A DNA stretch of 64,000 nt from Candidatus Latescibacterota bacterium (GTDB lineage Bacteria > Latescibacterota > UBA2968 > UBA8231), in assembly GCA_965223905.1 (NCBI GenBank), contig CBDCXV010000011.1, positions 1,824,001 through 1,888,000 of the forward strand. The letters are read 5' to 3'. Within the stretch, counting starts at the first letter, position 1. The number at the start of each line of letters is the position of its first letter. This document shows, piece after piece, positions 61,213 to 64,000 of this stretch. Under the pieces are notes generated by a model. The model saw nothing but the letters and a program-made list of their open reading frames with translations, ran no database searches and was not told where the DNA came from. Made by a program: the position numbers and the translations under genes.

Positions 61213-62138
61213 TGGTTCTGGTTGGCCGCCGCGGTTGCGGGCTCGCCGCGCCCGGCTGCCGGGAAGAACCGCAGCTCCGGCACGCGCTCGATCTGTCCGT
61301 GCAGGTGGGCAAGCCGGAAGAACTCGCGCACCCCGGAAAGCTCCGCCTCCCCGAGATCGTAGGAGACGTGCTCGCGCAGGTAGCGCTCGTAGAGCTCGAC
61401 GGAGCCGGCGCGCTCGCGCTGGAACTGGCGCGCAATGCGCGGGATGTCCGCTTCCCCCTGCCGGCGCGCTTCGACGAGGCGGCGCGCCTGCAGCGGATCG
61501 AGAGCCCCTTCCCTGCCGGCCCAGCAGGCGAACACGAAGGGAAGCCCCGTCAGGTCGGCCCACTCGCGGCCGAGATCGAGACTCTGGCGCAGGGTCGGGC
61601 TGTTCCCCCTGCCCGCCGGAGATGCCCCCTCCAGTGCCGAGGCGCCGAACAGCGGCAGCACCGGATCGCCGATCAGCAGCGCGGCGTCGGCCCGATGGAG
61701 CATTTCGTCGAGGTCGGGGGCGGCGTGCTCGAACGCCGGGTGCAGGCCGTACTTCTCCGCCAGCAGGATGCGCAGCAGGGCGACGGAGGTCTGCGAGCTG
61801 GCATCGACGGCGACGGTGCGGACGCCTCCGAGATCGCCGCGGAAGAACAGGCGCACCGTCAGCACCTCGCCCCGGCAGCCGACGGCGACGCCGGGCACCA
61901 GCGCGTACGCTACCGGGCTGAGGGCGTACTCGATGATCGGCACCAGCCCGAGGTCGATGCGGCCGGCGCGCAGGTCGCGGGAGCAGGCCGAGGGCAGGTC
62001 GTACACGAGGGAGAACGGGCCCTCGTGAAGGCAGTCCTCGAGGGCCGCGGTCAGCGGCCTCGAGTTGAGGAAGCTCACCGCCCCGAGGCGCACGGGCGGC
62101 CGCTGCGGGGACTGGCTTTGCAGGGGGGGCGGGGGCAT
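61209..62138 (-). CDS. mqnA: Chorismate dehydratase
   Basis: GAVSFLNSRPL, SSQTSVAL, LLIGD, DLGREW..LTGLPFVFACW. Confidence 0.92.
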   Translation of the reverse strand: MPPPPLQSQSPQRPPVRLGAVSFLNSRPLTAALEDCLHEGPFSLVYDLPSACSRDLRAGRIDLGLVPIIEYALSPVAYALVPGVAVGCRGEVLTVRLFFRGDLGGVRTVAVDASSQTSVALLRILLAEKYGLHPAFEHAAPDLDEMLHRADAALLIGDPVLPLFGASALEGASPAGRGNSPTLRQSLDLGREWADLTGLPFVFACWAGREGALDPLQARRLVEARRQGEADIPRIARQFQRERAGSVELYERYLREHVSYDLGEAELSGVREFFRLAHLHGQIERVPELRFFPAAGRGEPATAAANQNQ

Positions 62139-62268
62139 GGCAGTCAACAGGCGCCGGCGGCGGAGTCCCCGGGGCAGGGTCGTAGCGGGGGGGCGCCGCG
62201 GTAATGGCCGGGACGCCTCGCGACCTGGGTACCCGGGCGGGCTCCCGGGGCCGCGGGCGAGCGCCGGC

Positions 62269-63429
62269 TCATGAAGCCGCGGCGACCGGCTCTCCGGCAC
62301 CGACCGCTGCCGGCGGCACCGCGGGGGTGGCGACGAACTCGTAGCGGGTGTTGCGCCGTTGCGGCCGGTACCCGGCGTCGCGGATCAGCCGCTCCATGGC
62401 CGGCAGGTCCATCTCGTTGGTGTGACTCGTGCCCGCGGCGCTGACGACGTTCTCCTCGAGCATGGTGCTGCCGAAATCGTTTACGCCGTAGCGCAGGCTG
62501 ACCTGGGCGATCTTGGGACCCTGCGTAACCCACGAGGCCTGGAGGTTGTCGACGTTGTCGAGGAACAGGCGCGCCACGGCCACCGTCCGCAGGTGGTCGT
62601 ACCCGGTCGCCCTGACCCCGTCCCAGCGCCCCGGGTCGGCGCCGAGCGCCGTCTCGTCCGGCTGGAAGCTCCAGGAAATGAAGGCGGTGAATCCCCCGGT
62701 CTCGTCCTGCAGGTCGCGGATCCGCTGCAGGTGCCCGACGCGGTGCTCGACCGTCTCGACGTGACCGTACATCATCGTCGCAGTGGTGCGCATGCCGAGG
62801 CGGTGAGCGATCCGGTGCACCTCGAGCCACTCGTCGCTGCGGTCCTTGCGGAAGCCGATGACGTCGCGCACCCCGTCGTCGAGAATCTCGGCCCCGGCCC
62901 CCGGAATCGAGTCGAGGCCGGCGGCCCGCAGCCGGGAAATCGTCTCTTCGAGGGAGAGCCGCGAAATGTGGGCGATGTAGATGATCTCCGTCGCCGACAG
63001 GCAGTGGAGCTGCACCATCGGGTAGCGGTCGCGGATCCCGGAGAGCAGCTCCTCGTAGTAGGCGAGCTTCAGCCTGGGGTTGAGGCCCCCCTGCATCAGG
63101 ACCTCGCAGGACTTCGGTTCGGTTCCGCCGAAGGCGACGAGCTCGTCGATCTTGGCGTGGATCTGCCCGTTCGGCAGCACGTACCCGTCGGACCCCGGGG
63201 GGCGGTAGAAGGCGCAGAAGTCGCAGCGGACCCAGCAGACGTTGGTGTAGTTGATGTTGCGGCCGACGTTGTAGGTGACGACGGGCTCGGGGTGCTTCCG
63301 CACCCTGATCTGGTTCGCCAGGATGCCGAGCTCGGCGAGGTCGGGGTGGGCGAACAGGCGCAGGGCGTCCTCCGTACCCAGGCGCTCCCCCGAGGAGAGT
63401 TTGCCGGCAATGTCGGCTATCGCGCTCAC
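62269..63429 (-). CDS. mqnC: Cyclic dehypoxanthinyl futalosine synthase (radical SAM)
   Basis: RNINYTNVCWVRCDFCAF, TATMMYGH, QASWVTQG, GSTMLEENVV. Confidence 0.93.
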   Translation of the reverse strand: MSAIADIAGKLSSGERLGTEDALRLFAHPDLAELGILANQIRVRKHPEPVVTYNVGRNINYTNVCWVRCDFCAFYRPPGSDGYVLPNGQIHAKIDELVAFGGTEPKSCEVLMQGGLNPRLKLAYYEELLSGIRDRYPMVQLHCLSATEIIYIAHISRLSLEETISRLRAAGLDSIPGAGAEILDDGVRDVIGFRKDRSDEWLEVHRIAHRLGMRTTATMMYGHVETVEHRVGHLQRIRDLQDETGGFTAFISWSFQPDETALGADPGRWDGVRATGYDHLRTVAVARLFLDNVDNLQASWVTQGPKIAQVSLRYGVNDFGSTMLEENVVSAAGTSHTNEMDLPAMERLIRDAGYRPQRRNTRYEFVATPAVPPAAVGAGEPVAAAS

Positions 63430-63434
63430 CCGGA

Positions 63435-64000
63435 TTACCCGGCCGCCTCGAGGGTCCCTTGCGCGCGCCCGACGACGTTGTAGAGGCTGTCCCTTTCCAC
63501 CGGCTCGCGCCCGGCCTCGACGATGCGGTCGAGCAGCTCATCCCGGGACAGGCGCTGCCGCGTCTCCTCGAAGCTGCGCCGCGTGATCTCGTAGTCCATC
63601 ACCGTGCCGTCGATGTCGTTGGCGCCGTACCACAGGGCGACCTGCGAGATCTCGATCGTGTTCATGATCCAGAAAGTCTTGATGTGCGGGAAGTTGTCGA
63701 GCATGAGGCGCCCGACGGCGATCTCCTTGAGATCGAGAGCCCCGGAGGGTCCGGGCAGATGGTCGATGGCGGTGCGCTCCGGGTGGAAGGAGAGCGGGAT
63801 GTAGGCGAGGAAGCCGCCTGTCTCCTCCTGGAGATCGCGCAGACGCGCCAGGTGGTAGACCTTCTCCCCTGTGTTCTCGACGTGGCCGTAGAGCATGGTG
63901 GCGTTGGTCGGCAACCCGGCCCGGTGGGCGGCCGCGGCGATGCGCAGCCAGTCCTCGCTGTCGGACTTGGTCCAGAAGAGGTCCTCCTGGACGCGGTCGC
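63435..64000 (-). CDS. mqnE: Aminofutalosine synthase, 5' partial
   Basis: NATMLYGHVE, IPLSFHP, HIKTFWIM, GANDIDGTV, PVERDSLY. Confidence 0.85.
   Translation of the reverse strand, partial: DRVQEDLFWTKSDSEDWLRIAAAAHRAGLPTNATMLYGHVENTGEKVYHLARLRDLQEETGGFLAYIPLSFHPERTAIDHLPGPSGALDLKEIAVGRLMLDNFPHIKTFWIMNTIEISQVALWYGANDIDGTVMDYEITRRSFEETRQRLSRDELLDRIVEAGREPVERDSLYNVVGRAQGTLEAAG

Noticed and set aside
62144-62272. Short ORF or frameshifted N-terminal extension of mqnA at a G7 run
   Set aside because: mqnA has its own ATG at 62138 and the segment is low-complexity.

Overview
GC-rich bacterial chromosomal window made up mostly of core genes. The content (TamB/TamA, futalosine pathway, phytanoyl-CoA dioxygenase, GH113, sigma54 activators) fits a diderm FCB-group lineage such as Latescibacterota or Gemmatimonadota; this is inference only. 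In order it holds: tamB-tamA, tmRNA (tag ADDNSYALAA) followed by a decayed DUF499-like fragment, two MazG-type hydrolases, parA, a divergent pair of sensor-less sigma54 activators, and a lytR-C/rsfS/mtnA/SPOR/mltD/mreD/mrdA/rodA/TPR operon. Next come a frameshifted six-Ig-repeat outer-membrane protein, an xdh/IMPase/DapA-like/aminotransferase block, pfk-pgk-tpiA-secG-tRNA-Leu, comF, an M16 peptidase, tRNA-Met and nucleotide-sugar genes. The last part holds TolC, dksA-like, Mrp, M23, lpxH-like, rsmF-like, GH113, and a futalosine menaquinone cluster interrupted by a YjhG/YagF dehydratase. I saw no CRISPR array, intact transposase, integrase or rRNA. The most interesting signals are intergenic. 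There is a clear sigma54-promoter/terminator-bounded ~105-nt RNA with anti-Shine-Dalgarno CU-rich loops (57570-57675) and two similar candidates. There is also a perfect DnaA box inside the glycolysis-operon promoter and a leaderless 41-aa hydrophobic ORF. All calls come from motif reading; no database searches were run.
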